Below are positions 1-13,807 of a DNA stretch of 64,000 nt, piece by piece. The stretch is from Raillietiella orientalis (Eukaryota). The position numbers and the translations under genes were made by a program. Within the stretch, counting starts at the first letter, position 1. The number at the start of each line of letters is the position of its first letter. The stretch lies in assembly GCA_036172245.1 (NCBI GenBank), contig JAYWIR010000026.1:1-64000 (forward strand), read 5' to 3'. Under the pieces are notes generated by a model that was given only the letters and a program-made list of their open reading frames with translations, made no database searches and was not told the origin of the DNA.

Positions 1-551
1 CAGTCATGTGGACCACCACGGAGCGGTCCATAGATACTGGCAGGATCTTGCGGCCGTCTACGTTCAGCGGCGCATGGATTAGGCGGTGAGCCAAGGTGAC
101 ATCTGTGCAGACCACCTCGACCCGCTGCCCGCCGCTGAGGACGGAGAGGCCGTCCAGATCCTTCTCTGCAACATTCGCGTCCTTCAACGCTTTGCTGAAG
201 GCGCGCGCTGTCCGGCCGTCGAACAAGTTGCCTACCTGGTAGACAAGCGATGGCTTGTACCCGGAGGCCTTGTATGCGGCCATCTCCGCCATGGCTTCTG
301 CGCTGGGCGCAACCACCATGGCGCTCCATGTCCTCGGCGTGGCCGGGGATGATTCCGGGGCGGCTGCCCCTGCTCCAGTAGGCTGTGGGGGCGAACTAGC
401 CTCCCCCACTCCCACCTCCATCGCGGTGTCCTCTGGCGTCGTGGCCATTGGACACCGACGATGTGCACAAAACACCACACACAAGAAAGCGCTTTCCTAC
501 TACCCTTTGAGGAGTGAAGGAAAAACACGTCCTCCAACTGGCCGCGGAGGT
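1..551 (-). mobile_element. L1/Tx1-like LINE, family A (copy A4): 5' UTR and ORF1 N-terminus, running off the left edge
   Basis: The minus strand has the 5' motif GGACGTGTTTTT (521-532) and an ATG at 448 (MATTPEDTAMEVGV..WSAMVVAP..GYKPSLVYQVG). The 5' UTR closely matches 53799-53900. Confidence 0.85.
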
Positions 552-1612
552 GGCTGGCTGCAACGATGCAGCCAGCTCCTCCGCCGCACGCTCGAAGGAG
601 GCGTCATCGATCACGGTGTCGATGACGGACGCTTCCGCCGGTTCGCTCCTCACGCTTTTGACATTTTTAACAGTGGGCTGCTCGTCGGTAGCAGCGATTT
701 CTCCCTTGCGCCGTTCGGTGGGAACGCGTTTCACGACTACGCTGCATTCTTTTAAATTCTCGCTAACCTGGTGTTTTTTATTTTGGTAGGCGAGCTTTTT
801 TTCAATTCGTCGTTCTTTCTTCGACTTTTTCTTTTTCGCTGTTGCTTCTTACCATTCCGGCACCTGAACGCTTTTGTCGATCTTTTTTGCATTCGTTGCC
901 GGGGTGTCGGTTGCGGCCTGGACCACGGGCGTGGGTGGCACAGCTTGAGCGGCAGCCTTCGCCGCCAGGCATTTCTGTAGACGCCGCGCGTGCTTTTTTA
1001 GGTTCCTTGCGGAAACCACGCGCACAGCGGATTGTGGGCACACTTCCCACGTGTGGTCCTTTGTCCCGCATACCTGGCACTGGACGTTGGGGCAACTCCT
1101 TTTGCGTTGTCTTGACGTGTTGCAGAAGCCTCAGTATTTGGGCTTCCCCACGTACCAGAGGTCGACGCTTTCTCCGCCGAAAACCAGTTTGTGGGGAAGG
1201 GTGGAACCCTCCCGAACGGTTACACGGGCAGCCATGAGGCCGCACTGAACTGTGGTATAGTCTTCGAAAGAACTAGGCTTGGTCCATACTGCATGGACCG
1301 CGACTTCTTTTCCCAACGAGGCGCGTAATTGTTCTTTCCGCATTTGCGCGGTAACTCCAAAAAGGTGGACCACCAAAATGTGATCCGCCGTAATAAGAAG
1401 AAGAATGCGTGTCCCCATTAGCACAGGGGTTTTGAAGCAGACGTTGGGTGAGATCTGCATGTTTTCAGATCACCTCTACGAACTGGCCCTCGCGAAGAAT
1501 GGTCATAGCGCAGAGCTCCTCCTCTTTAACATCAAGAGCGTGCATCTCCTTTGAAAAGGCGCGCGCACACTCAGAAGAATACAAATGTCCTCCTTTGTAG
1601 AACAATGAGGCC
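552..1612 (-). mobile_element. Degenerate 5'-truncated LINE ORF1 (family G), cut at ~551 by A4
   Basis: SLFYKGG..ARAFSKE, VVHLFGV, AARVTVREG..LPHKL, DLWYVGKPKY, two decayed CCHC knuckles and FERAAEELAASL; contains stops and frameshifts. Confidence 0.75.
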
Positions 1613-3684
1613 GTCCGAATTCAATAAGGTCATCGGACGCCAATTGTTCAGTTGGCGCAAATCTCCGCCTTTCGGCAGGAGACGCACCTTCGCTGAGCGA
1701 AACGAGGCGGGGACATCGCCCGCGTCTCGCATCAGCGACAAGAGTTGAAGCACCAGGGATATGAGCACCGCCGCAAAGCACTGCAATAATTCTGCGGGGA
1801 GTCCATCCTCGCCTGGCGCTTTTCGTCTCTTGAGCCGCGAGATGGCCGAAGAAATTTCTTCTGCCGTGAAGAGCTCATCAAGACGCTCGCGTTTCTCCTC
1901 GTCTACAACAGGTGCATCAATCGGCAGAAGCAGCTCGGAGAGACTGCGTTCCGTTGGTCTCGGTCCTGGTCGCCGAGCAGCACTGTCGCTCCAGACTGCC
2001 AGACCTGGCGCTCAGCCTTGGCCTTGTACTCGGATAATCGACCAACGTCCGCGCGCCTGGAGTAGGAGCGGGCCTGCAGAAAATCTCTGCTGTTGGCTAC
2101 ACCCTCTCCAAAGACGCGTGGAAGCTGGTGCAAGGAAAACCGGCAGCAAAACTCGCGGACACATCTTTTCAGATCGTCCCAGTCAGCGAGCTCACTTATG
2201 GCGAAGCCGCAAAGGTACTGGCGAAGATGCTCCGCCGCCTCCATGTGACTTGGCCAGTCTGCAGGCATCCTCCCAACACAGTTTGGAGGCCCCTTGCCTG
2301 GCGGGAGCAACTCCAACTCGAGCCTGTTGTGGTCTGAAAGCACGGACGGAATTGGACCTCTCTAACCCACTCGAGAGAGCAAGTGTTCATCAAGGAATAC
2401 ATGTCCTGGTGATGTCGCCATAACAAGGTCGTTAGCGAACAAGTTGCACACGTGCACGCACGCGTACATCTCTTCCACTAGCAACTTTTCCCTTTTGTGT
2501 GCGCTATTCTCGGTCAGCAGGTGGACGTTAAAGTCCCCCGCAATGACATACGCCACAGTAGGGTGAGAACGACTGAGCCACTGGCTCTGAACGGTACCGA
2601 AGAACTCAATCATTTCGGCCCATCGTCCAGCACCGCTCGGCGCGTACACGTTGGTTACGACAAGGTCGATCGAGTCGAACAACTTGAGTACAAGCTGTCC
2701 CACTCGGCCTTCCGTGTCGAAGCGAACGCCGCGCACCGCTCCCGCCAAAGTTCCTCGTACGAGGAAAGCGACGCTACACGTACGTGCGACGCCGCACCTA
2801 TAATGTAGCATTCCGCCCGCACGCCGTTCGATTTCGGCAGCCTGGTCTTCGGAGATGCTGTGAATCTCCTGCAGGAGCGTAAAGTCGAAGGCGCGCAGAG
2901 CGTGAGCCACTAGTCGCCTCTTCTCCTCGTGTTGGAGCACGTTGAAGGTCCAAGACGTCACGGCAACACGACGACAAGACGGGATTGCCCTCATCACGGC
3001 TGGGAAAGCGAGGCCGTGGTGCTCGCCTCACCCGGCGAGCGGGCAGGAAGCAGCCCGACGGGCTGGAGGGCGCGGTCGCCACCGGGCTCAACTGTGCTGC
3101 GCGTAATCGAGTGCTTCTCGCCGGGTGCAGAACCTGTGGGTTCCAGGGTGAGCACTCGCCGTTTCTCGAAGAGTGTGTCACGCCTCAGGGCTTCAGACCT
3201 GCGGGCGCTCCCTCCTGCGCGAGTAACTCGTCTTTGAGCGGCGTTATCGGACTCCTTTACGGAGTCTGATGCTCGCGTGATCCACGTGCCTTTGCATCAG
3301 TCCGGTCGCACCGGAATCGTCTTCTCATTGCTTAGAGGTGGACTTGCGAGCGTTGACGGCGCTGTCTTTTTCCTAGGTAGAAGAACCCTCCGCACGTGTT
3401 TTCTTGTTCACGTGGCTGTTTTTTGCCTTCAAAGAGTTCGCAGATGGAGGTTTCGAAGCATTCTTGGGAGATTTTTCTTTTTTCCTCTCCACAACCTTCC
3501 ATTCTCCGTCACGATTTATGGACGCTTCCGTGACTTTCTTCTCGGAAACCCACGGAGTTTTCGCTGCCGCCTCTTGGGACGCCGCTTCCACCACGCCTTT
3601 AGAAGGATGCAGCGGAGTCACCTTTTTGGCAGTCGGGAGATCGCTTTTCTCTTGCCGAGTCAATGACCTTGCTTTGCGGCTCAT
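1613..3684 (-). mobile_element. B-related LINE fragment: ORF1 C-terminus, APE endonuclease and start of RT
   Basis: TGATG stop/start overlap at 2992-2996. APE motifs LLQEIH, NVYAP, AGDFN, HVFLD, SDH (ORFs 2362-2997, 1903-2343). RT motifs APGEDGLPAE and LLPKGGD..WRPMTLLNSD, where it breaks. Confidence 0.85.
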
Positions 3685-4004
3685 TGTATTGCGCGCACGA
3701 CGACGATTAATCAGTTATTCTGATCGTGTGTGCCCGAAGAGGAAAAGTATACAGAATAAAGTGAGTGTGGACTAGAGTGTACTGCAAAGGATCTCCTCAT
3801 ACAGTTACAAAAGAAGCGCCGAAACTATCACGGCGGAAGACCTGCATTCGTCTGGTGCAGCAAGACCAGCTGCCAGGATGTAGGCACCTGGAGAAGGAGT
3901 GGAGAGACCGTCGTCCCCCATAGATGCGATGGAGGTAACGTGCGGTAACGGCGAGGCGGTGGTAGGCATGCCTATGTTCGCGCCCGAGGCGGGCTTTGCT
4001 GCGC

Positions 4005-4095
4005 CGGCGGCGGCGATGCCAAGGGTCGTGCACGCGGCGACGACGGCGGAGGTCGTGCCCGCGGCGGCGACGCCGAGGATCGTGCCAGCGGCGGG
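4005..4095. repeat. Imperfect GC-rich tandem repeat, ~27-30 bp x3
   Basis: gcggcgatgccaagggtcgtgcacgcg / gcgacgacggcggaggtcgtgcccgcg / gcggcgacgccgaggatcgtgccagcg. Confidence 0.55.
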
Positions 4096-4272
4096 GAAGG
4101 TCGCAACTGCGGCGGCGATGCAGAGGGTGCTGCTGGCGGCGGCAACGGTGGCAACGTCGAAGGCTGCGCCTTCGGCGGCGGCGTCCCAGACGGGATCCGC
4201 TGGCGTCCACGCGGTACAGGGCGTGACGCCATCTTGTTCGGCTGCGGCGGCGCATTCCTTTTCGTATGCGTC

Positions 4273-6428
4273 GTCTGACCGTTTCGTCCGTCGTCCCCAA
4301 AGCTCACGCCCTTCACGGCAGCGTCGACGGCCGTCTTCACGAAGAACGCGATCCCGCAGGTGTTGCGGAGGAAGTATTGCCAGTACAACCTACTCTTTGC
4401 GATCGTCTCGATCTCCTGGACATCTGCCGCTGTGATCACGTGGATCTTCTGCAGCAGGGCCAGGTCGAGCTCTCGCAGGGTGTCGGCTGTATCTCGCCTG
4501 TTACCGTCGTCGCGCAGTTCGTTGACATTCCAACAGGCTGCGCGAATCCGACGGTGACTTGCGAGCCCAGGTAATAATCCTGGGAAAGTGGCTGTGCTTC
4601 GACCGCCACCTGCTATGGCAGGACGCCAGGTGGAGAAGCTAGGGGTGCTGAGGGCAGCTGGTCCCCCTCCTCCTTTGGTGTGGGCGCGTCGATCGGGCCA
4701 CCATCAGGTGAGGTCGCGTCTACCTGTTGGCATTCTTCCTTAGAGGCGGACCATTCAGGGTGGGCGACAGCAAGGAGGCCTTTACCCCCTGCTTACCGTC
4801 CTCCATTTGGGTGGCCTGCACGACGACTTCCGAGTGTGGGAGTTCCTTCTCCGTGATTCCCACGCTGCTGCTGCCTTCCGGCTTCTCCTCCGCAGTGTTG
4901 GAGGTGGGCTTCTCCTCCTGGGCTTCTAGGACTTGCGTCCCGACTTCCTGGAGGATGCCTTTGCGAAGGAGGATGAGCTTACGGCACCCAAGTCGAACTC
5001 ACCTGTGGGGGCCTTTTTCACCATAGCCGGCCTTCGCACGGCCCTGCTTGAGTGGTTCTCACGCTCGGCCAGCGTGGTTGCGAGCTCCTCCGCCGCTTTT
5101 GCACACGTCACGTCCTCGCTTTCGGCGAGTTCGTCACCCGGCTGACTCTCTGCGCAAGCAGGGGGTGGGTTTTTGCGCGCATCTGTCTCGGCATGAACTT
5201 CAACGGAAGCCGTATCGCTTCGGTTGGCGTCGGCGGTAACGTCAATGCGCTTTAGCGTAACCGGGCACTAGCGGAGAGTTTTTACGCGCGGCACGGATTT
5301 CGCTTTTGTTCCGGACGCCGTCTTCTTTCCTTTCTTCGGGACATCTTTGTCCTTAATCACTTTTTTGGCTTTGACTAGCTGCCAGCCTTCTTCTCCCTCT
5401 GCGGTTTCAGGAAGCTTTTGCTCCGACGCCGCGCTTGGAGATTGGGTTTTTAGCAGCTGTTCTCGGCCAATTTTCCGGTTTTCCAATTTTTCTTTCCCCG
5501 CACGTTTTCCTTGCGCCTTTTTGGCGGCCGAGGGAATCGGAGTGGGGCGTTTAGGGCACACACGACGGACGTGTCCCTTCTCCCCGCACAAGTAGCATAC
5601 GATGTTTGGGCACCTCTTTCGGATGTGACCGGGTGCATCGCAGTAGCCAAAATACCGGGGCTTGCCCGCATATCAGAGGTCCACCGGTTCTCCCGCGACC
5701 TCAAGTTTGTGGGGAAGCTTCGCATTTTCCTTTGGGGTGGCACGTGCCGCGGCGAGGCAACCGAAGTGGCGTCGCTAGCCTTCAAAGTTTGTGGGCTTAC
5801 GCCCCAGAGCGTGTGCGTCCCCGTTTTTATTAAGTTCTTTTTCAACCGCAGTGCGCGTCATGCGCTTAGAGATTTCTGTCAAGTGGACCACTCGACAGGA
5901 ATTGACTCCGGGAAGATCTTACGGCCGTCCATGATCAGCGGGGTATTTATAAGGCGATCGGCTAGGCTGATACTCTTGCACACCAGCTCATCCCGCTGCG
6001 CCCCGCTGAGCACGCACAGACCTTCCAGATCTTCCTCACGGACATTAGCATTTTGAAGCGCTCTGCTGAAAGAGCGCGCCGTGCTTCCTTCAAATAAAGG
6101 GCCTACCTTGTATACAAGCGAAGGCTTGTATCCACATGCCCGATAGGCGGCTTCCTCGGTGAAGGCCTCCGCACTGGGGGCGGCGACCATATCGCTCTAA
6201 GTCTTCGCAGGCTGCGAAGACGGTCTTGGGGCTGTTGCCCCCACATCTATAGGTGGTATGGGAGGACTTGTCTCCCCCACGCCTACTTCCATTGTGGTGT
6301 CCTCTGGCGAAGGCTGCCATCGGAAACCGACGACCCACACTACATCTTGGAAAAAAAGAAACCAGAAGTTCCTTTCCAGACAGTCGCTGGCTGTGCGACC
6401 AAAAAAGACGTTCACCCACCCCGAAAGT
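4273..6428 (-). mobile_element. Family A LINE (copy A3): 5' UTR, decayed ORF1 and first half of APE
   Basis: 5' motif variant GAACGTCTTTTTT (~6401-6413); ATG at 6320; GYKPSLVYKVG; CGEKGHVRRVC; AAEELATTL; APE DTADTLRELDLALLQ..CGIAFFVK, ending at ~4273. Confidence 0.85.
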
Positions 6429-6770
6429 CTGCGAAGGCCTGAGAAACGACCGGGCATACGCCCGTCTTCACTGTTGGACTCTTAACGTTTGATGCCTGGC
6501 GGAGTATAAAGCAGGGGCTGAGGGACAGAACTGGCAATCCGGATCGGCCCGCTTGCTAGACGCCCAAGGCTGGGATTGCTCAGCTTTAGCGGAAATAAAC
6601 CGTATCCTGCGGGATTTTTACTCTTATGTGTACGCGCGCAGAACAACAGAGTGCGCCGTCACGCAGAGCTTGCTTCCGCAAGGCGCTCCTGCGTTACACG
6701 AGAAGCAGACACAACAACTAGAGGAGCCTTTCTTGATAGCGGAGATCATCTCTGCCATCGAGAAAGGAAA
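6429..6770 (+). mobile_element. Family C-like ORF2 linker fragment (downstream half of the host of A3)
   Basis: EGLRNDRAY..LAEYKAGAE..LLDAQG..INRILRD..LLPQGAPAL..LEEPF, colinear with 45569-45905. Confidence 0.8.
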
Positions 6771-8713
6771 TTCGTCGCGGCATCCGGCAGGGAGACAGCC
6801 TGACTGCCTTGTACCTACTTCGAGTTGATGCTGAGAGCATACAGAGAAACTCTAGCGCACCTGCCGAGCTCGTGTCCCGGCACGCCTGCGGTGTCAGCAT
6901 ATGCGGACGACCTACTGCTGCTCCTCCCTATGTCCAACCCGTCATCGGCGATCGAGAAGTTCTTCGACCTTCTAAGTCGGGGAACCGGGCTTAAGGTGAA
7001 CAGGGCGAAGTCGTCCGTCATGCCAATTGGTGCGGCGTGGGCACGGCAGCCGGACTGGGTCCGTTTCCGTATCCCCACGGTTCAGTACTTCAAGTACCTC
7101 GGTGTAACGATGGAAGATTATCTACCTTCGGATGCGTGGTCCAGCTGCCTTCAGGAGGTAGAGATTGCGATCGGCCCGTTCCAAGGCCGCAGGTTTTTCC
7201 TGCCGAGGCGGGCCGCGGTGTTAAACGCGTTCTCAGCCACCCTCCTCCGTTTCCTACTTTTTGTTTGTCCCCTCACCACAGAGACTAAAAAGCTGACGAA
7301 GGACCTTGTAAGGATTGCCCTGTGGGGTAATGGGAGGTCCCGATTCCGCTTTTCAAAAATGAGCGCTCCGCGTAGGGACGGCGGTTTCGGCCTCCTGACG
7401 CTGGAGCGGCTGAAGCTCCAGCTCAAGTTTCGACTACTCGCCCTACTGGCGAAGTATTGGAGTAGCATTGGTACGAGACCGCACGTCTCCTCGTCGAACA
7501 GGCAACTGGCAAGGAGAGACTGTCTTTCTTCCTTGCGCTCCTTCGTCGCCGCCAAGTTGGCCGCTGCGGTGAGTGGCTGATTTGATGAGGATGAACGCAG
7601 GATGGCATTCCTGTCGCCCCGTTAAGGGAACCGCCTGGCTAGAAAAAACCGTTTACAAGTGGGCGAGAATCAACGAGCACCGCGCCGGACAAGATCGAAG
7701 CCTGCTGTTTGCTAGCAACGACCGCCTTACGCTTCGTGAGATTCTGGAGAATCCCCAAAAACGAGCGTGGGCGAGGAAAACTCCCCTCCCTGGGATGGTG
7801 TCTTCCCTCGGTGAACATTTGGACAGCAACACTGCTGCGAAATAAGAAGTGTTTGTTAAAATCTCCGGTACGGAGAAAAAGATCGGGGAATGGAAAACGG
7901 GAATTCTCTGCGATACTGCGGCCGGAATTACCACCCCAATTGGGCTTTTGCGCTGAGTTGAGTTGCTGAAGGTTCCGACTGAATAACTTAAGTGTCCCCC
8001 GGTGCTGATGAACACCGTCGCTCTCCCCTTAAAGTGGCTGGAGTCGGCGTTACTGTTGCCGCATTGGGGAATCCCTTGCAACGCCCGCCGTCACCATTGG
8101 ACCTGGGCAGCGGTGGACCCTAATTGTGTGAGGTGTGGGAAAGGGAGTCCCTCCTCCACCTTCTTATGGATGGCGTTGCTCTTCGTCCCCTTTGGAGCCG
8201 CTTCGCCGCGGCAATCGGTATCCCCTGTGGTAACCCCAGAGACGCAGTTAGATCCCTCTTCGTTTGCGACCCCCTTCGGCCAGCGGCATCGTTAGCAGCC
8301 CTGTGCTGCTTTCGCAATGTTTCCGCTGCTTGGAGCAAGGCAACGGGAGGATCACACGATAAAAGTGCCGTCCAATACGCAGTCGAATTTATGACAGGGA
8401 CCGAATGGACCATTCTGTATACATCAATCAAAGAAAAGCTTGTCGGCATTCTAGAAAAAATGTAACGGCCATGCAGCAGACTGTGATACCTTTCCGTGCC
8501 CGCCAGAACTTGTTTCTAAACTTTGTATTTCTTATTTATTACTTTTTCTTCAATCCCAGCCCCCGCTGCTGCCGTGGTGAACCGTACCGGAATGCAACCC
8601 GGTGACCCAGCACGCTTGTTTTTGCTTGCCCATGCGTGGCTAGACCAACAGGTTAGCCACAGTGTCTCGATTTATTCAAAAGAATATACTCTTCGGGGCA
8701 ACCGGGTGATAAA
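6771..8713 (+). mobile_element. Family F LINE 3' half: RT motif 4 to zinc finger, 3' UTR and terminal hairpin
   Basis: RRGIRQGDSL, AYADDLLL, FKYLG, APRRDGGFG, C..CG..ES..H; T-rich 3' UTR; ends CGGGGCAACCGGGTGATAAA at 8713. Confidence 0.85.
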
Positions 8714-9945
8714 CGAGCTCCCAAACGACCAAGCTCCGGAAATGCTGGCGGAGGTGCTCCGCAGCCTGCGGATTTCTCAACCAGTCGGCCAGCAGCCTCC
8801 AGACGTGCGTGGGAGGACCCTTCCCAGGCGGGAGTAACTTCAAGTCCAGCCTGTGGTGGTCGGAAAGCTCGGACGGCACTGCATCTATTCGACCCACCCG
8901 ACAATGCAGTTGATCGTCGAGGAACACATGGTCCGGCAAAGCACTCATCCCGGGATCGTCGGCCAGCAAATTCGAAGCGTGCACGGATGCTCACACCTCG
9001 TTCACCAGCCACCTCTCCCGGCGACGGTGAGTCTCCTCCGATAGCGCGTGGACTTTAAAGTCCCTGGTTACGAGGTGAGCCACGTCGCGGCCGGAGTTGC
9101 TGAGCCAGCGGTCACGCAGTCTCTCGAAAAACTCGAGTTTCTCGGTGTGACGCGCGGAGCCGCTCGGCGCGTACACGTTCGTGACGACAAGGTTGATCGA
9201 TTCTTACCACTTGAAAACAAGCTGGCCCACACGATCTTCCTCGTGAAAACCAACGAACCGCACTGCTCCCGCCACCCTGCCTGGAACAAGGACTGCTACT
9301 CAGCAGGTATTCTGGGAGCCTGTCCTTTAATGGAGCGATACGCCTGCACAATGTGCCAGATCGGCCGCTTGCTGTTCGGAGAGTTTGTGAATCTCCTGCA
9401 GCAGGGCCAGATCGAAGTCGCGCAAGACGCTGGCAACCAATCTCCTCTTCTCGTTGTCCTGCAGGCCGTTGACGTTCCAACAGGCAACTCGGAGGCGACG
9501 AGAAGCGAGACCGCGCATTGCTGCTACGGACATGGAGGTGCGTTCCTTCCCTCCGTCCGGCAAATCATCAGCAGAGAGTACGGCGGATGTGGGAGCGCAA
9601 GCGCTCCCTGTCTCCGCAGCGCCGCTCGCGGCTGGCTCGGTGGAGTTGAGGACCATTGCCTCGAGCTCCGAGAAGCATCGGGAACCGTTCCCGGCATCAG
9701 ATTCTTGCTTGGCAAGTTCCGGCTTGCGCGCAGCCCTGGCCTTGACCGGGGCTGCTTTTTGCGCTGCCCTCGAACTCCACTTTGAAGTCCGAATTCCGCG
9801 TTTGCGGCGGGAGTTTCGCCTGCCGTTTCTTCTGCTGGCAGCTCGGAACTGGTCCAGCATTTTTTAAGGGTGCCTTAGGCGCCAATTCCCCTTCCGGGGT
9901 CACGGCATCGGCAGCTTCCTTCACGCCGCGGGTAACAGCGACGGC
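8714..9945 (-). mobile_element. Family E (B-related) LINE fragment: ORF1 C-terminus and APE
   Basis: MRGLASRRLRVACWNVNGL..LLQEIH, NVYAPSG, DHVFLD, ELSDHHRL; broken at VVWEL| by the F 3' end. Confidence 0.8.
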
Positions 9946-11830
9946 GCGCGCCTATTTACAGGCCCGTCGTTACCTGAGAACTACTAATGTCTGTCGCCTG
10001 GCGAAGCACCACGCTGGGGCCAAACTCCAAGCCTGGCAATCCGGGTCGGCCTGCTTGCTGAACGACCAGGTCCGGGAACGTTCGTCCCCGGCGTCGCTAC
10101 GTCATCTCCTACGGAGTCACTATTCCTCCCTTTGCGCCAGGGCGCCCCCGGCCCAAGATCACTCTTGGCGCTTGCTTCCGCACGGTTCCCCGGCAGTAGG
10201 GGAGGAGGAGAAGGAAAGCCTCGACGAGCTTTTTGCCACCGGCGAAATCCTCGCCGATATCAAAAGGCTCAAGAGGCGTAAGGCGCCACGGAAGGACTGC
10301 TTGCCGCGGAGTTCTTCCACTGCTTTGCGGAAGAGCTGGCCCCTCTTGTGAGCGAGTTGACAAGGTTGATCCGAGACGAAGGCGATGCTGCCGCCTCGTT
10401 TCGGTCAGCCAGGGTGGGGCTCTTTCCGAAAGGAGGGGACCTCACTAAACTCAGCAAGTGGCGTCCCATCACAATTGTGAACACGGACGGCAAGCTGATT
10501 GGCGGGCTATGGGCTTTGCGTATAGGACAGGTGGCAGACTCCATAATTAGCCCGGAACAGACTCACGCTGTTCCATGGCGAAGTATGGAGATCAACCTGT
10601 TCTTCGAGAGCACATGGTTGCATGTGCAGAGGAGTAATAAAAAAGGAAATGGGAAAATCGCAAACCCCACTTTAAGGCCGGCAGTCGGGCAGAAAAGACT
10701 TTCCCGTTCGGGGAAGGGGGTACTAGCGATCGCAGTCGATCTGCATAAAGCGTTCGCTTGCGTGGACCAAGATCTCCTATTAGATCTGTTGGATCGGATT
10801 TGCTTCCCACCCTCCTGGATAACCTACCAGGGCTCTTGTTGGCGCAGTGCGATAATTACCGTCGATTTCAGTGATAAGAAGGTGTATGGCGTGTTAGTGC
10901 ATCGGGGCATAAGGCAGGGCGATAGCCTGAGTCCCCTACTCTTTAGCACCAACTTTAATTTGGTGCTGAGAGCGCACAGGGTGACTTTGGCTTCCTTGCC
11001 GAGCTCGTGCCCCGGCAGTCTGCCTTAGCAGCGTATGCCGACGATATTCTGTTCTTGTTGCCGATGTCCACCCCGGCAGCGGCAGTCGGAGGTTCCTTCG
11101 ATCTGCTCAGCCGCAGGTCCGGACTGCATGTGAGCAGGGCGAGGTCATGGGTGGTGCCAGTTGGTGCGGTGTGAGCGGGGCAGCAGGACTGGGCCTGTTT
11201 GGGTATCCCCACGTCGAGGTGCTTCAAGTACCTTGGTGTGCCGTTGGGGGACTACTCCCCTGCGGAAGAGTGGCTTGGCTGCCTACAAAAAGTGGAGTTG
11301 GCAATCGGCCCGTTCCGAGTCGGCAGGTTTTTCCTACCTGCACAGGCCGCAGTTTGAAACACTTTCGCGGCTGCTCTCCTCCGCTCCCTGCTTTTTGTTC
11401 GCTCCCTTACAGAGCGAATCGAATAGTGGACAATGGACCCCCGTATCTTTCTTTGGGGAAACGGTACTGCGCAAGACCGCCTTAAGGACTTGTGCGCTTT
11501 GCGTCGGGACGGTACTCTCGGTCTCCTGACGCTGAAATGCTTGAAAATTAAGTTGCGTTTGCACCATGGCCATCGCAGCGAAGATGTACAGCATCCCTTG
11601 GTTCATTCCGTCCCGCCTCCTCGCCAGCCGTTTGTCTTGGTGCGAAGGACTCGCGTTTTCTCTTCTCTGCTTCGGGCGGAAGATCAGAAGATGCGGCCAA
11701 CTGCTCGGGCGCATAGCAGCTCTGGGGAAGTTGAACTGCTAAATGGTTTGCCGCTCCGCCAACTTTTCTTCCTGGCTGGAGAAGATTATAAGTACTTGGG
11801 CTGTTGTAAACCAGCGGAGCGACGACTCTA
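9946..11830 (+). mobile_element. Decayed A-type ORF2 fragment (linker and RT)
   Basis: AYLQARRY, WRPITIVNTD, AVDLHKAF, GIRQGDSLSPLLF, AYADD, FKYLG; colinear with ORF 34077-37220; has stops and frameshifts. Confidence 0.85.
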
Positions 11831-13807
11831 GCCATATTTCTTTAGTGTACACACTTTGTACGGTGTTCCGATGCGAGGAGGCATACTACCAGGTAACATC
11901 CAGAGTCCCTTTCTGTTGAGTAGGCACCTGGAATTGCTACTGAGAACATAAAGGAAAACTCAGGCGAACCTGCCGCTTAAATGTCGCGTTACGTCTTCTT
12001 GGCTTGCATCCAAAGGCGACATTTTCCTGCCGCTGTCTGTATGAATGCCTTTCTCCGCGGGCGATGGTTTCTTCGCCCTGCACAGTCGGGCAACGGGGCT
12101 GACGCTGAATAGGACGAAGTCGTGCATGATGCCAATTGGTGCGGCGTAAAAAGGGCAGCAGGACAGGGTACTCTTAAGGATCTTTACGGTAGAGTATTAG
12201 AAATAGCTTATTGTATCGAATGGGGACTATCCCCTTTCGAATGCGCGCTTCAGCTTAGTTCAGAAAGTAGAGCCGGCGATTGGTCGCTCCCAACGTGGCA
12301 GAATTTTATCGAGGAACGCGTGGTGGTGTTAAAGGCGCTTGGGGCGCCCCTGCACCGTTCCTTACCATTTGTTTGCCGTCTCACTGTGGAGACAAGAAAG
12401 CGGACTAAGTAGCGCTTACGTCTTGCAATATGGGGCAAACGGAGGACCCGTTATCCGTTGTGGACCTAAACTCTCTACGTCGAGGAGAAAGTTTCAGTCT
12501 TCTGATTTCGGAGTGGCTGGAGCTTCAACTCCAGTTAGGCGTATTCGCCCTAGCAACGAAGTTTTGGAGCAGACGCTGGTGTGACCTTCTATGTTTCCTC
12601 TAGGGAACAGACCACTGGAATTTTTGGACTGTCGGCCCTTTTTGCGCTCCGTCGTCTTCAACAGATCGTCAAATGCGGTTTAAAGCAGCGGAGAGAGAAT
12701 GATTTCTTGAGGGAGAACGTGGAACAACTCTTTTTTTCTCTCCGTTAACGGAAATGCCTGGGTTCATTTATCGTTCTAGCTTGACAGAATAGTAACGAAC
12801 AGCTCACTGATCAAGAAGGTGGAGACCTGTTTGCGTGCAACGAACCCTCACTCTCCGGTAGGAGCTAGAAAACCATCAGAAACGAATACAGGCAAGAAAA
12901 ACTCTTCTCGCTGCAATGTTCTTACCGCTTGTAGACCACCTGGACACAAACACCGCTGAGGCGTGGGAACTTTCAGAAAAAATCTCCAATACGGAGAAAA
13001 GGTTCGTAAAATGGAAATCAAAAAATCTCTGCGATATTCCGTCTAGGATTACCACTCCTTTCAGACATTTGGGCTGGAACGGGCTGCTGAAAGCTCCGTT
13101 GGAACAGCTGATGTGGCCTTCTGTATTATTGGACACTCTTAGCCCTTCGTTGAAGTGGAGAAGTAGGAGCTCGTGGGGTTGCACTGGGTTCTTCCGTGCA
13201 GCGCTCGCCTGCCCCACTGGACACTAGGATCGGTCAACGCAAATGATTTACGGTGTAGCGAGCGTGAACCCACTGCCAACTTCCTTGAAGATTGTGTTGC
13301 ACTGGGTCCCCTTTATAACAGCGCTGCCACGGCCCTCGGAAATCCCGGCGGCAGCCGCAGAGAGAGAATTGAAACCTTCTTCAATTGCGACGCCCTCCGG
13401 CCAGCAGCTCCGTTAGCAGCCCTGTGCTGCTTCCACCGGATAGTCGCTGCTTGGAGATGGCAACTGCAAACATGCGATAAGGGTGCCATCCTTTGTGGCG
13501 TCGAATTCCTGAGGAATGGCGAAAAGGATGGCCATACCTGAACACTTAAATAAAAGAATAGCTTGCCGGCATCTTAGGAAGAATTTAACGGCACCCGTGC
13601 TCATTGTAATCTCTTCCGTTTCCTGCCAGGAGTTATATCCCAGTTGTTTTTTTACTTTTATTTTTATTTTTTTTCTGAACCAATTTTGCTGTGGTGGTGG
13701 CCCGAAGCGGCCTGCAAACCAATGACAAGACAGGCTCTGCAGGTTGAGCCTAAGTTTCTCCATGTTTGATTCGAAAGAATGAACGCCCCGGCGCATCCGG
13801 CTGAGAA
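11831..13807 (+). mobile_element. Old, heavily decayed family F LINE 3' half
   Basis: YGVPMRGGI..SPFL..LELLLR, DHLDTNTA..ISNTEKR (cf. 7815-7880), DALRPAAPLAALCC; terminal AATGAACGCCCCGGCGCATCCGGCTGAGAA at 13778-13807. Confidence 0.7.
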
